A stretch of DNA of 64,000 bases, from NCBI GenBank assembly GCA_963602685.1, contig CAVCJG010000005.1:15047-79046 (forward strand), given 5' to 3'. This DNA is from Eggerthellaceae bacterium (lineage in GTDB: Bacteria; Bacillota; Clostridia; Christensenellales; UBA1242). Shown one piece after another: positions 34,380-42,493 of the stretch. Both the position numbers and the translations under genes were made by a program. How positions within the stretch are numbered: the first letter of the stretch is position 1; the number at the start of each line of letters is the position of its first letter. Below the pieces are notes generated by a model that was not told the DNA's origin, made no database searches, and worked only from the letters and a program-made list of their open reading frames with translations.

Positions 34380-34813
34380 GCTGAATAATAACCTCCAAGG
34401 AAGAATACAAGCGACAACACAACCGCCAAGCCAATGATTACTGATGAGACAACAATTCTAGCCGTCGACTTTTTTTCTTTTTGCACGCACAGCAAAACAA
34501 GTGCTGCGATTGCAAATGCAAGAGTGAATCCTAAAACATATGGAAAGGCCTTGTTTAGTGCCTTTGTAATGTTTACCATTGTGTCGCCACCTGCAAACAT
34601 ATCTCCGATAAAATTAGGTTTAACCACAAAAATTGTTCCGACAGTGAATATGATTGTTGCGACAACGATGACAAACGAAAACATATAATACAGCGCCGTC
34701 AAGACAGTGCTAAGCATAATTAAAGTCATAAGGCAAATGCCCAAAATAGAATAGTTGGACAAAATTTTTCCAAAGTGAAGAGTGTATATGTTGAGATATT
34801 TTTTATTCATCAA
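34376..34813 (-). CDS. Polytopic membrane protein (145 aa), unknown function
   Basis: Four hydrophobic helices. First gene of a three-gene minus-strand unit. Confidence 0.6.
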   Translation of the reverse strand: MMNKKYLNIYTLHFGKILSNYSILGICLMTLIMLSTVLTALYYMFSFVIVVATIIFTVGTIFVVKPNFIGDMFAGGDTMVNITKALNKAFPYVLGFTLAFAIAALVLLCVQKEKKSTARIVVSSVIIGLAVVLSLVFFLGGYYSA

Positions 34814-34964
34814 TTCTCCGATTTCATTTTTATTATAAAGAATATTCGTTTGTTTTGCAATTATTTTTAAAGGTTTTTACTATTTAACATATTGTTATTT
34901 ATATATTTAAGCGTTTCTCTTGGGGAAAATGACGATTTATGATATAATAATAAAGAGGTGAAAA

Positions 34965-35459
34965 ATGAAAATTTATTTTGCAAAAACTAAGGAAAACGCA
35001 GTTGTTCCTTCAAAAAGAGACGAAGATGCAGGCTTTGATTTTTACGCTTGCTTTGATGAAGATTATTTAAAATTCGAACCATTTGAAACTAAATACGTTC
35101 CAACAGGAATTGCATTTGCTGTTGACAAAAGACACTATCTTCAAATTGAAGAACGTTCGTCAACCGGCTTTAAAGGATTAAAGAAAAATTCAGGCGTTGT
35201 TGACAGCGGTTATCGCGGCGAAATCATTCTTTGCCTTTTCAACGCAAACACTGTTCCTTGCTATATTTCAAAACTTCCTTATGAAGAAATCGAAAAACTT
35301 GAAAAAGGAAAATTCGTTTATTTCTCATATGAAAAAGCAGTTGCTCAGGGCGTTGTTCACAAACTCGACAAAATGAAAACTAAAGAAGTTTCATACGCTC
35401 AACTTAAAAAGATGTCATCTCTTCGCGGAGATGGAAAAATGGGCTCTTCAAAAAAATAA
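34965..35459 (+). CDS. dut: dUTP diphosphatase (trimeric dUTPase)
   Basis: DAGFDFYA, GVVDSGYRGEI and C-terminal RGDGKMGSS motifs. Confidence 0.85.
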   Translation: MKIYFAKTKENAVVPSKRDEDAGFDFYACFDEDYLKFEPFETKYVPTGIAFAVDKRHYLQIEERSSTGFKGLKKNSGVVDSGYRGEIILCLFNANTVPCYISKLPYEEIEKLEKGKFVYFSYEKAVAQGVVHKLDKMKTKEVSYAQLKKMSSLRGDGKMGSSKK

Positions 35460-35477
35460 GTGCGTGGACTTTAAACC

Positions 35478-35587
35478 GCGCGACTTGCCTTCCGCCCCGC
35501 CGGCGGAAGAGCCGAACGCCCGCGTTCGGCCGACACTCTTGCAAAACAATTTTGCAAGAGTGCGCAAGTCGCGCGTTTTTTTGTTTA
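35478..35587 (+). other. GC-rich perfect four-way-junction (cloverleaf-shaped) element followed by a T-run; probable complex terminator or structured RNA/DNA element
   Basis: Outer 12-bp stem 35478-35489 / 35565-35576 encloses three hairpins. A: 35490-35497 / 35503-35510 (8 bp). B: 35512-35519 / 35524-35531 (8 bp). C: 35535-35547 / 35551-35563 (13 bp). All 41 pairs are Watson-Crick. T7 follows at 35577-35583. Confidence 0.6.
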
Positions 35588-35618
35588 CTAACATTGCAAA
35601 TTATGGTAAAATATATTT

Positions 35619-36056
35619 ATGGCATGGTGGAAAAAAGCACTCATATGGACAGCAGTGGCACTTGGGATATGCGTAATCATATTCTACGTTTTTTATTACA
35701 TCACAACCCACTATGAAATCCCAAGCATGACATTAGGCCAATACAACCTTACAAAAGTCGCTGAAAAAATATCGGGCGAAGAAACAGTCATCGAAGAATA
35801 CACAAACGGCGAATACTACATTGTCGTAACAGAAGACTTGTCGCTAGAAAGCCATTCTTCAACAAAGGGCATAGTCGAAAACGAAATCGGTTACAACTAC
35901 TTTTTGCATGGCGACGAACTTGTAATATTCTTGCCAACTGATGATGCCGACATCGCCTACACAGGTCACTACAACAACGGTTTAATCAAAATTTCTTACG
36001 TTCAAGATGAAATAGAATATGTATTCTACTATCAACTTGTGGAGCAAAGCGCATGA
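35619..36056 (+). CDS. Membrane-anchored hypothetical protein (145 aa)
   Basis: N-terminal TM (ALIWTAVALGICVIIFYVFYYI). 4-nt overlap with the nrdG start. No SD; the ATG lies 7 nt downstream of an extended -10 (TGgTAAAAT, 35604-35612). Confidence 0.6.
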   Translation: MAWWKKALIWTAVALGICVIIFYVFYYITTHYEIPSMTLGQYNLTKVAEKISGEETVIEEYTNGEYYIVVTEDLSLESHSSTKGIVENEIGYNYFLHGDELVIFLPTDDADIAYTGHYNNGLIKISYVQDEIEYVFYYQLVEQSA

Positions 36057-36739
36057 AAATTTTTGGACTTGAAAAACTTTCCATGGTCGACTTTGAAGGA
36101 CACTTATGCTGCACCGTCTTTACAGGCGGTTGCAATTTTAAATGTCCATTTTGTCAAAATTCCGACCTTGTAAAAATCACAAATTTATCGCCAATATCAG
36201 AGCAAGAATTTTTTGAATATCTTGAAAAAAGAAAAAATCTAATCGACAGCGTTTGCATATCTGGCGGCGAACCTACTCTGCAAAAAGACCTTCCAGCGTT
36301 TGCTGCAAAAATAAAAGAATTCGGGCTTTTAATAAAACTCGACACAAACGGCACAAACTTTGAAATGCTGAAAAACATGATAGACGAAAAGTTGGTTGAT
36401 TATGTTGCAATGGACATAAAAAACGCCCCATCGGCATATGAAAAAACGGCAGGCGCAAAAGTTGACCTAGCCGAAATTATCCGCAGTTTAAACTTGCTCA
36501 AAACGGGAGTCGTTCCGTATGAATTTCGCACCACTTTGGTTGCCGAGTATCACACAACCGAAACGATAACCGAAATGGCCGAATTTTTAAAAGGTGCAGA
36601 CAAACTTTATCTTCAACACTTTGTCGATGGCGGCACTTGCCTGCAACAAAATCTCAAACCGGTCTCAAAATCGGACGCTGAAAACTTTAAAACCATACTT
36701 TCAAAGCAAATCAAAACTGTTTATTTAAGAGGCTATTAA
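36053..36739 (+). CDS. nrdG: Anaerobic ribonucleoside-triphosphate reductase activating protein (radical SAM)
   Basis: FTGGCNFKCPFCQN CxxxCxxC cluster motif and SGGEPTLQ. Confidence 0.85.
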   Translation: MKIFGLEKLSMVDFEGHLCCTVFTGGCNFKCPFCQNSDLVKITNLSPISEQEFFEYLEKRKNLIDSVCISGGEPTLQKDLPAFAAKIKEFGLLIKLDTNGTNFEMLKNMIDEKLVDYVAMDIKNAPSAYEKTAGAKVDLAEIIRSLNLLKTGVVPYEFRTTLVAEYHTTETITEMAEFLKGADKLYLQHFVDGGTCLQQNLKPVSKSDAENFKTILSKQIKTVYLRGY

Positions 36740-36790
36740 AAAAAGAGAATAATTAGCCATTATTGATTAAAACAAAAGATATTTTTTAAA

Positions 36791-36820
36791 AAACCACCTG
36801 TCAAATCGATAGGTGGTTTA
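36791..36820. terminator. Bidirectional terminator between nrdG and the convergent 435-aa gene
   Basis: AAACCACCT / AGGTGGTTT 9-bp stem. Confidence 0.6.
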
Positions 36821-36823
36821 TAT

Positions 36824-38131
36824 CTATAGACTTTCTTTTATTTTCTTTTTAAATTTGTTTGTAAGTTCGATTTCCCATGCCAAATCGTCATATGTACCGT
36901 TAAATATTTCTTTTAACATCTTATTAAAAAGTGATTTATCAACGGGTTTAAACGGAATGTTGAAATTTATCAATTCATCAACCATCTCTGGTCTAAAATA
37001 TTCTTTTAAGCGTTCAATGGGATCGGTTTTGCGCCTACCCACTATTACAAGACTGTCGTTAACTAAATCCAATGGGAAACCAATTTTTTTCATTCTATTA
37101 TATTCTTCTGTTCCATTCACACAAATATATAAAGATCTAATGTGAAACTTTAAAGCTTCTTCATATTTCTCTTCATCTTCGAGAACATATGCCATTTCAG
37201 TATAAGCATTTTCTCCGTATCCGTTGACATCTTTTTTTAGATCTTTTTGACATTTTTGCCATCTCATATCATTATATGAGAATTTCTTTCTCTTCTCCAT
37301 GTATTCTTCAAGAGTAAGTTCTTCATCTCTTAGTGTATAATATTCCATTTCAACTTTATGATCTTCTATATACTTTTTGCCTGTATCAGAGACCCTGGAA
37401 ACTTTTTCATTTAATATCGATTCGACTACACTTATGGTTGTATTTCCAGCTATATCATTTATAATATTTTCTTTTTTCCCTGTCGCCTTGATACCAATTC
37501 TATTTGCTACATTTTTAAGCTCCGAAACCTTATAAATTGACAACATTTCTTTCAAATTGCAAGGTTCGTAAAAACCCTTTTCCACTAATTCCTTATGTAG
37601 TTTTTTCGGGTGATCCACACCTACTAAGCCGAACTCAAATTTTGCATACATATTATCTTTCATATATTTTGGGTCCCTTATAATTGGATATTTCATTAAA
37701 AATTGGCAGTATGCTCTAGATTCAATATATACGACATCGTTAAATGGTGTGTGTTCACTTATCGTAAAAGTAACAGCTGTAGTGATTATAGGCTCGCATA
37801 CGTGTGGCATGCTATCGTATGTTGTGTGTCTCTCTTTGGTTTCTGCTGTTTTCTCAGGTACAAGTTTATATACAAGTCTCCCATTCTGATATAAACCATT
37901 GTCGTCAAATGTATAAATAGTTTTTGCAAAGAATAATTTGTCTGGTTCTACAAGAGAATTTCCTTTAATCTGATATAGCCTAGTTCCTAATATTAATCCA
38001 GGTTTACATACATAACCATCTTTTATTACATAAACTGGTCGACCAAATATACCCGGTGTTTTTACAACATTATTTTCATAAATATAAACAGTTTTCCCAA
38101 ACATACCTGGTTCTTTAATCTCAATTCTCAT
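36824..38131 (-). CDS. Hypothetical protein with five N-terminal about 18-aa PG-x-FG-...-Y repeats and a SAP-like motif
   Basis: KEPGMFGKTVYIYENNVV / KTPGIFGRPVYVIKDGYV / CKPGLILGTRLYQIKGNSL / VEPDKLFFAKTIYTFDDNGL / YQNGRLVYKLV. Mid-protein KVSELKNVANRIGIKATGKKENIINDI is SAP-like. Confidence 0.7.
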   Translation of the reverse strand: MRIEIKEPGMFGKTVYIYENNVVKTPGIFGRPVYVIKDGYVCKPGLILGTRLYQIKGNSLVEPDKLFFAKTIYTFDDNGLYQNGRLVYKLVPEKTAETKERHTTYDSMPHVCEPIITTAVTFTISEHTPFNDVVYIESRAYCQFLMKYPIIRDPKYMKDNMYAKFEFGLVGVDHPKKLHKELVEKGFYEPCNLKEMLSIYKVSELKNVANRIGIKATGKKENIINDIAGNTTISVVESILNEKVSRVSDTGKKYIEDHKVEMEYYTLRDEELTLEEYMEKRKKFSYNDMRWQKCQKDLKKDVNGYGENAYTEMAYVLEDEEKYEEALKFHIRSLYICVNGTEEYNRMKKIGFPLDLVNDSLVIVGRRKTDPIERLKEYFRPEMVDELINFNIPFKPVDKSLFNKMLKEIFNGTYDDLAWEIELTNKFKKKIKESL

Positions 38132-38363
38132 TTTTAAACTCCCAGTGCTTTTATCTAACTTATATTTATTATAACATACTAACTTTTAATTTTCTAAAGA
38201 AAAAACAAAGAATCTTTATAAACACATAACGCATTTTATTCGTGCAGTATTTCGAAACTAATACAAAAAAAGAACGTTGTATTTAGTCTACATTGTTCCT
38301 TTTCTATTCCACTAGTTTCAAAAGTACTAGGCTTTAAGTTCTCTCTTTTTTATTTATAAGGTT

Positions 38364-39266
38364 TTATAATGTTTGCAAATAATTGCACGCACTTGTTGCC
38401 GCTATTGCTCCGTCCGAGCACGCAGTAGTGAGTTGTCGCACTTTTTTATCACGGCAATCGCCCGCAACAAACACACCCGCCGTTTTTGTAGCCATGTTTT
38501 CGTCGCATACAAAATATCCATTTTTTAAGTCGACCAAATTTCCAAAAACTTTGTTGTTTGGAACTTGTCCAATCGCTACAAACAATCCCTTTGTGGCAAT
38601 GTCAAATTCTTCGCCATTTGTTCTTTTAAACACCAATCCTTCCAGTTCGTTTTGACCTAAAAGCTTAATAAGTTGAGCGTTGTGAGTAACAACAATGTTT
38701 TCTTTTTTCCCAAGCGCGTCAACAAGCGCTTCGTCGCCGAAAAATCTATCAAACATTGTCACCACATGTACGCTTTTGCAGTATGACGAAAGCAGCAGCG
38801 CATATTGTAAAGCCGTGTTTCCATCACCTATCAGCACAACGTCTTCATTAGCATAAAACGCACCGTCGCAAAGCGCACAAAAGCTTATTCCGTGCCCAAC
38901 AAATTCTTCTTCTTTTTCGAGATGAAGTTTTCTATGCTCAACTCCGCACGCAATCACAACACTTTTTGCTTGAAGAGTATCAAACTCTGTTGTTACGTAA
39001 AAAACGTCGTCGATTTTTTCAACTTTTTCAACTTTGCCAAATTTAAATTCAGCACCGCGTTCGGTTATCTGTTCAAAAAGTCTGTCTGCAAAGTCGGCAC
39101 CTGTAATAGTTTTAATAGTTGGAAAATTTTCAACTCTTGGCGACTCTGAAATTTGCCCGCCAATGTTGTTTTTTTCAAGCACTGTTACACTTTTGCCATT
39201 TCGAAGAGCATACAGAGCGGCGGTCATTCCCGCAGCTCCAGCTCCAATAACTAAAACATCAGTCAT
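38364..39266 (-). CDS. trxB: Thioredoxin-disulfide reductase
   Basis: VIGAGAAGMTAA (FAD), CALCDG redox CxxC, GDGNTALQ (NADPH). The start overlaps the nrdD stop (TAATG). Confidence 0.88.
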   Translation of the reverse strand: MTDVLVIGAGAAGMTAALYALRNGKSVTVLEKNNIGGQISESPRVENFPTIKTITGADFADRLFEQITERGAEFKFGKVEKVEKIDDVFYVTTEFDTLQAKSVVIACGVEHRKLHLEKEEEFVGHGISFCALCDGAFYANEDVVLIGDGNTALQYALLLSSYCKSVHVVTMFDRFFGDEALVDALGKKENIVVTHNAQLIKLLGQNELEGLVFKRTNGEEFDIATKGLFVAIGQVPNNKVFGNLVDLKNGYFVCDENMATKTAGVFVAGDCRDKKVRQLTTACSDGAIAATSACNYLQTL

Positions 39267-41632
39267 TATTTTTTAAGTCCTTCAATATATCTGTTTATTT
39301 CGCTTGCGTTGTCATATCTATCAAAGTCTGCGCCATTAGGAACAAGCATTGTAGGCGCTTTTTTAACGCCATATTTATTTGTTAAGTCTCTTTCGTCTTC
39401 TGCGTCAATCGCAATATATTTGACCCCAGCGGCATCAAGCAGTCTCTTTGCCATTTTGCAATTAGGGCAAGTTTTTGTTGTGAAAAGCAAAATGTCATTT
39501 CCCGCTTTTTCATGGCAGCAGCATTCGTGTTTTTCTTCGCAGCAGCCGTCTTTTTTCTTTAAAACTGAGTGTGAAATATCATAAGTTACACGGTCTTTAA
39601 ATTCTTGGCTCTTGCCATCGTTCCAGTTTTGAACAGGACGATAATATCCTGTAATTCTGCTGTAAACTTCTGTCTTTTCTCCGCATTCTGGGCACTCATA
39701 AACTTCGCCAGAAATATATCCGTGATTGCGGCAAACCGAATATGTTGGGCTGATTGTGTAATAAGGCAATCTATAATTTTCAGCAATCTTTCTAACAAGG
39801 TTTGCAGTTGTCTTCCAGTTGTCGAGTTTTTGTCCCAAGAAAGCGTGGAAAACTGTTCCCGAAGTGTAAAGAGTTTGAAGTTCATCTTGAATATCAAGTG
39901 CTTCGAAAATATCAGCAGTAAAGCCAACTGGCAAGTGTGAGCTGTTTGTATAATATGGAGTTTTACCTTCGTTTGCAGTGATGATGTCAGGGAATCTTTC
40001 CTTATCATGCTTAGCCAAACGATAAGATGTGCTTTCGGCTGGAGTAGCTTCCAAGTTGTAAAGGTCGCCATATTTTTCTTGATAATCTGAAAGGCGATTT
40101 CTCATGTGGTTAAGCACTTTTTTAGTGAATTCTTGCGCTTCTTTTCTTGTCATGTCGGCTCTAACCCACTTAGCGTTTAAGCACGCTTCGTTCATGCCAA
40201 CAAGTCCGATTGTTGAGAAGTGATTGTTGAATGTTCCAAGATAGCGTTTTGTGTAAGGATAAAGCCCTGCTTCAAGCAATTTTGTGATTGTGTCACGTTT
40301 CATTTTAAGCGAACGTGCAGAGATGTCCATAACTTTGTTAAGTCTGTCAAAGAATTCGTCTTCGTCCTTTGAAAGATATGCGATTTTAGGCATATTGATG
40401 GTTACAACGCCGATAGAGCCTGTGCTTTCGCCGCTGCCAAAATATCCGCCCGATTTCTTGCGCAACTCTCTCAAATCAAGTCTCAAACGGCAGCACATAC
40501 TACGAACGTCGCTTGGTTCCATATCGCTGTTGATGTAGTTTGAGAAATATGGAGTTCCATATTTGGTTGTCATTTCAAACAACAGTTTGTTGTTTTCAGT
40601 TTCCGACCAGTCAAAGTTCTTTGTGATCGAATATGTTGGAATAGGATATTGGAATCCGCGGCCGTTTGCGTCACCTTCAATCATGATTTCGATAAAGGCC
40701 TTGTTGACCATATCCATTTCTTTTTTGCAGTCTTTATATTTAAAGTTTTGCTCTTTTCCGCCAACGATTGCAGGAAGTTCTGCCAAATCATTTGGAACAA
40801 CCCAGTCAAGCGTAATGTTTGTAAAAGGCGCTTGTGTGCCCCAACGCGAAGGAGTGTTCACGCCATAAATGAACGATTGAATGCATTGTTTAACTTCTTT
40901 ATATGTAAGGTTGTCCACCTTAACAAAAGGAGCAAGATATGTATCAAAAGAAGAGAATGCCTGTGCGCCTGCCCATTCGTTTTGCATAATTCCCAAGAAG
41001 TTGACCATTTGGTTGCAAAGAGTCGAAAGGTGCGAAGCAGGAGATGATGTAATTTTGCCAGGAATGCCGCCAAGACCTTCTTTAATAAGTTGTTTAAGCG
41101 ACCAGCCAGCGCAATAACCTGTCAACATTGAAAGGTCGTGCAAGTGGATATCGCAGTTCTTGTGCGCGTCGGCAATTTCTTTGTCGTATACTTCGCTAAG
41201 CCAGTAATTCGCTGTCATAGCGCCAGAGTTTGACAAGATAAGTCCGCCAACTGAATATGTAACAGTCGAGTTTTCTTTAACTCTCCAGTCAGCCAATTTA
41301 AGGTATTTGTCGATTGTGTTTTTATAGTCCATAAGTGTTTCAGAAGCGTTTCTGATTTTCTCATGGCTCTTGCGATACAAAATATAGCATTTAGCAACGT
41401 TTTCGTATCCATTTTTCATCAAAACACGTTCTACAGTGTCTTGAACATCTTCCACTGAAGGAAGTTTCCCGTCGTATTTTTCGGTAATTTCAAGTTCAGT
41501 AATCTTAGCAAGTTTTCTTGCATCACGAACATCACCTTCTCCAAGCGACATCATAGCCTTTACAATAGCATTTTCAATTTTGGAAATATCCCAGTCAACG
41601 ATACGTCCATCTCTCTTAATAATCTTGTCCAT
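39266..41632 (-). CDS. nrdD: Anaerobic (class III) ribonucleoside-triphosphate reductase fused to a C-terminal Cys-rich linker and a glutaredoxin/NrdH-like redoxin domain
   Basis: Start placed at MDKIIKRDGRIV (ATP-cone) with AAGGAGAG RBS. CPECG zinc site and glycyl-radical RITGYYRPV. Then CCEEKHECCCHEK and ILLFTTKTCPNCKMAKRLLDAAGVKY...APTMLV (thioredoxin fold, CPNC). Confidence 0.88.
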   Translation of the reverse strand: MDKIIKRDGRIVDWDISKIENAIVKAMMSLGEGDVRDARKLAKITELEITEKYDGKLPSVEDVQDTVERVLMKNGYENVAKCYILYRKSHEKIRNASETLMDYKNTIDKYLKLADWRVKENSTVTYSVGGLILSNSGAMTANYWLSEVYDKEIADAHKNCDIHLHDLSMLTGYCAGWSLKQLIKEGLGGIPGKITSSPASHLSTLCNQMVNFLGIMQNEWAGAQAFSSFDTYLAPFVKVDNLTYKEVKQCIQSFIYGVNTPSRWGTQAPFTNITLDWVVPNDLAELPAIVGGKEQNFKYKDCKKEMDMVNKAFIEIMIEGDANGRGFQYPIPTYSITKNFDWSETENNKLLFEMTTKYGTPYFSNYINSDMEPSDVRSMCCRLRLDLRELRKKSGGYFGSGESTGSIGVVTINMPKIAYLSKDEDEFFDRLNKVMDISARSLKMKRDTITKLLEAGLYPYTKRYLGTFNNHFSTIGLVGMNEACLNAKWVRADMTRKEAQEFTKKVLNHMRNRLSDYQEKYGDLYNLEATPAESTSYRLAKHDKERFPDIITANEGKTPYYTNSSHLPVGFTADIFEALDIQDELQTLYTSGTVFHAFLGQKLDNWKTTANLVRKIAENYRLPYYTISPTYSVCRNHGYISGEVYECPECGEKTEVYSRITGYYRPVQNWNDGKSQEFKDRVTYDISHSVLKKKDGCCEEKHECCCHEKAGNDILLFTTKTCPNCKMAKRLLDAAGVKYIAIDAEDERDLTNKYGVKKAPTMLVPNGADFDRYDNASEINRYIEGLKK

Positions 41633-41671
41633 ATTTTCTCTCCTTTTGTGATTATTTTTGATGCTAAACAC

Positions 41672-41701
41672 AATCTACCACACCACAATATATTGTGTCA
41701 A
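41672..41701 (-). promoter_or_regulatory. nrdD promoter (TTGACA-18-TAGATT) overlapped by an NrdR-box-like palindrome
   Basis: Minus-strand TTGACA = 41701-41696 and TAGATT = 41677-41672. The 14-bp perfect palindrome CACAATATATTGTG (41684-41697) sits in the spacer/-35. Confidence 0.55.
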
Positions 41702-41929
41702 GCGATTTTAAAAAATAATATATATAGTATTTTTAGTAATTTTTTAACTATTGCCGATATCACCATAAAAATGGTAATAACGGTTCTATTTTTATACATA
41801 AACACCCACTTTTTGGTTGCCCGAAAAATGAGTTATCCACACAAAATTTTCGCAAAAATTGATTTTGTCGAAATCTTCACACCACAATATTTCGACACTA
41901 AATTTTATATATAATATATTTAATTACTA

Positions 41930-41958
41930 TTGACATTTTAAAAAGAAACCTATAAAAT
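41930..41958 (+). promoter_or_regulatory. Promoter TTGACA-17-TAAAAT for the 133-aa gene
   Basis: TTGACA 41930-41935, TAAAAT 41953-41958. Confidence 0.6.
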
Positions 41959-41982
41959 ATCAAAGTAAACAAGGAGAAAATC

Positions 41983-42384
41983 ATGATCACAAGAAATAAA
42001 GTTGAATTTTATACAGGAGATGTTCGTTTCAGCACATGTTTAAAATATCATAAAAGAGAAATCGAAGAATCTCGCGCGCTTCGAAATGGTAAAAACGTAG
42101 TTTTGGCAAAGGTAAAAGGCCAACCAACTTACATTTTAGTAAAAGAAGCATTAAAAGATACCGCTAGCGCAAACACTGAAGATTTCTTTAATATTAAAGA
42201 TAAAAGCAATGTAACACGCGCAGCAGAATACTATGCAGAAAACGTTACAAAAATTGAAAACCCAAATCCAGCGCAACAAGCACAAATCGAAGAATTTTTA
42301 AAACGTTTTTATCCAAAAAACAGCATCAGCCAATATCTTAACAAAAAGTTTAAACCAACCGTTGAAGACATTATTATAAAATAA
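41983..42384 (+). CDS. Hypothetical protein (133 aa)
   Basis: AAGGAG RBS. No recognisable motif. Confidence 0.6.
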   Translation: MITRNKVEFYTGDVRFSTCLKYHKREIEESRALRNGKNVVLAKVKGQPTYILVKEALKDTASANTEDFFNIKDKSNVTRAAEYYAENVTKIENPNPAQQAQIEEFLKRFYPKNSISQYLNKKFKPTVEDIIIK

Positions 42385-42425
42385 CAAATCGACATCACAG
42401 TATATTTAAAATTGGTTTATATCAA

Positions 42426-42458
42426 CAAAAAAACCTGCAAACTCTGCAGGTTTTTTAT
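42426..42458. terminator. Bidirectional terminator
   Basis: AAACCTGCA-AACTC-TGCAGGTTT hairpin flanked by A and T runs. Confidence 0.7.
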
Positions 42459-42493
42459 TATCGCTTTATAAATCATACGTTGTGAATCACAGG

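Noticed and set aside
35431-35676. 81-aa ORF (…PRDLPSAPPAEEPNARVRPTLLQ…)
   Set aside because: It runs straight through the perfect nested-palindrome element and the following promoter. The Pro/Ala/Arg-rich translation is a by-product of the GC-rich stems.
41833-41841. Perfect DnaA box as evidence for a second origin or DnaA regulon site
   Set aside because: A single 9-mer is expected by chance roughly once in 128 kb of two-strand AT-rich sequence. It is kept only as a minor note within the nrdD-region finding.
41648-41914. 88-aa plus-strand ORF in the nrdD upstream region
   Set aside because: It overlaps the nrdD start and promoter, has no RBS and has low-complexity hydrophobic content. The regulatory elements explain the region.
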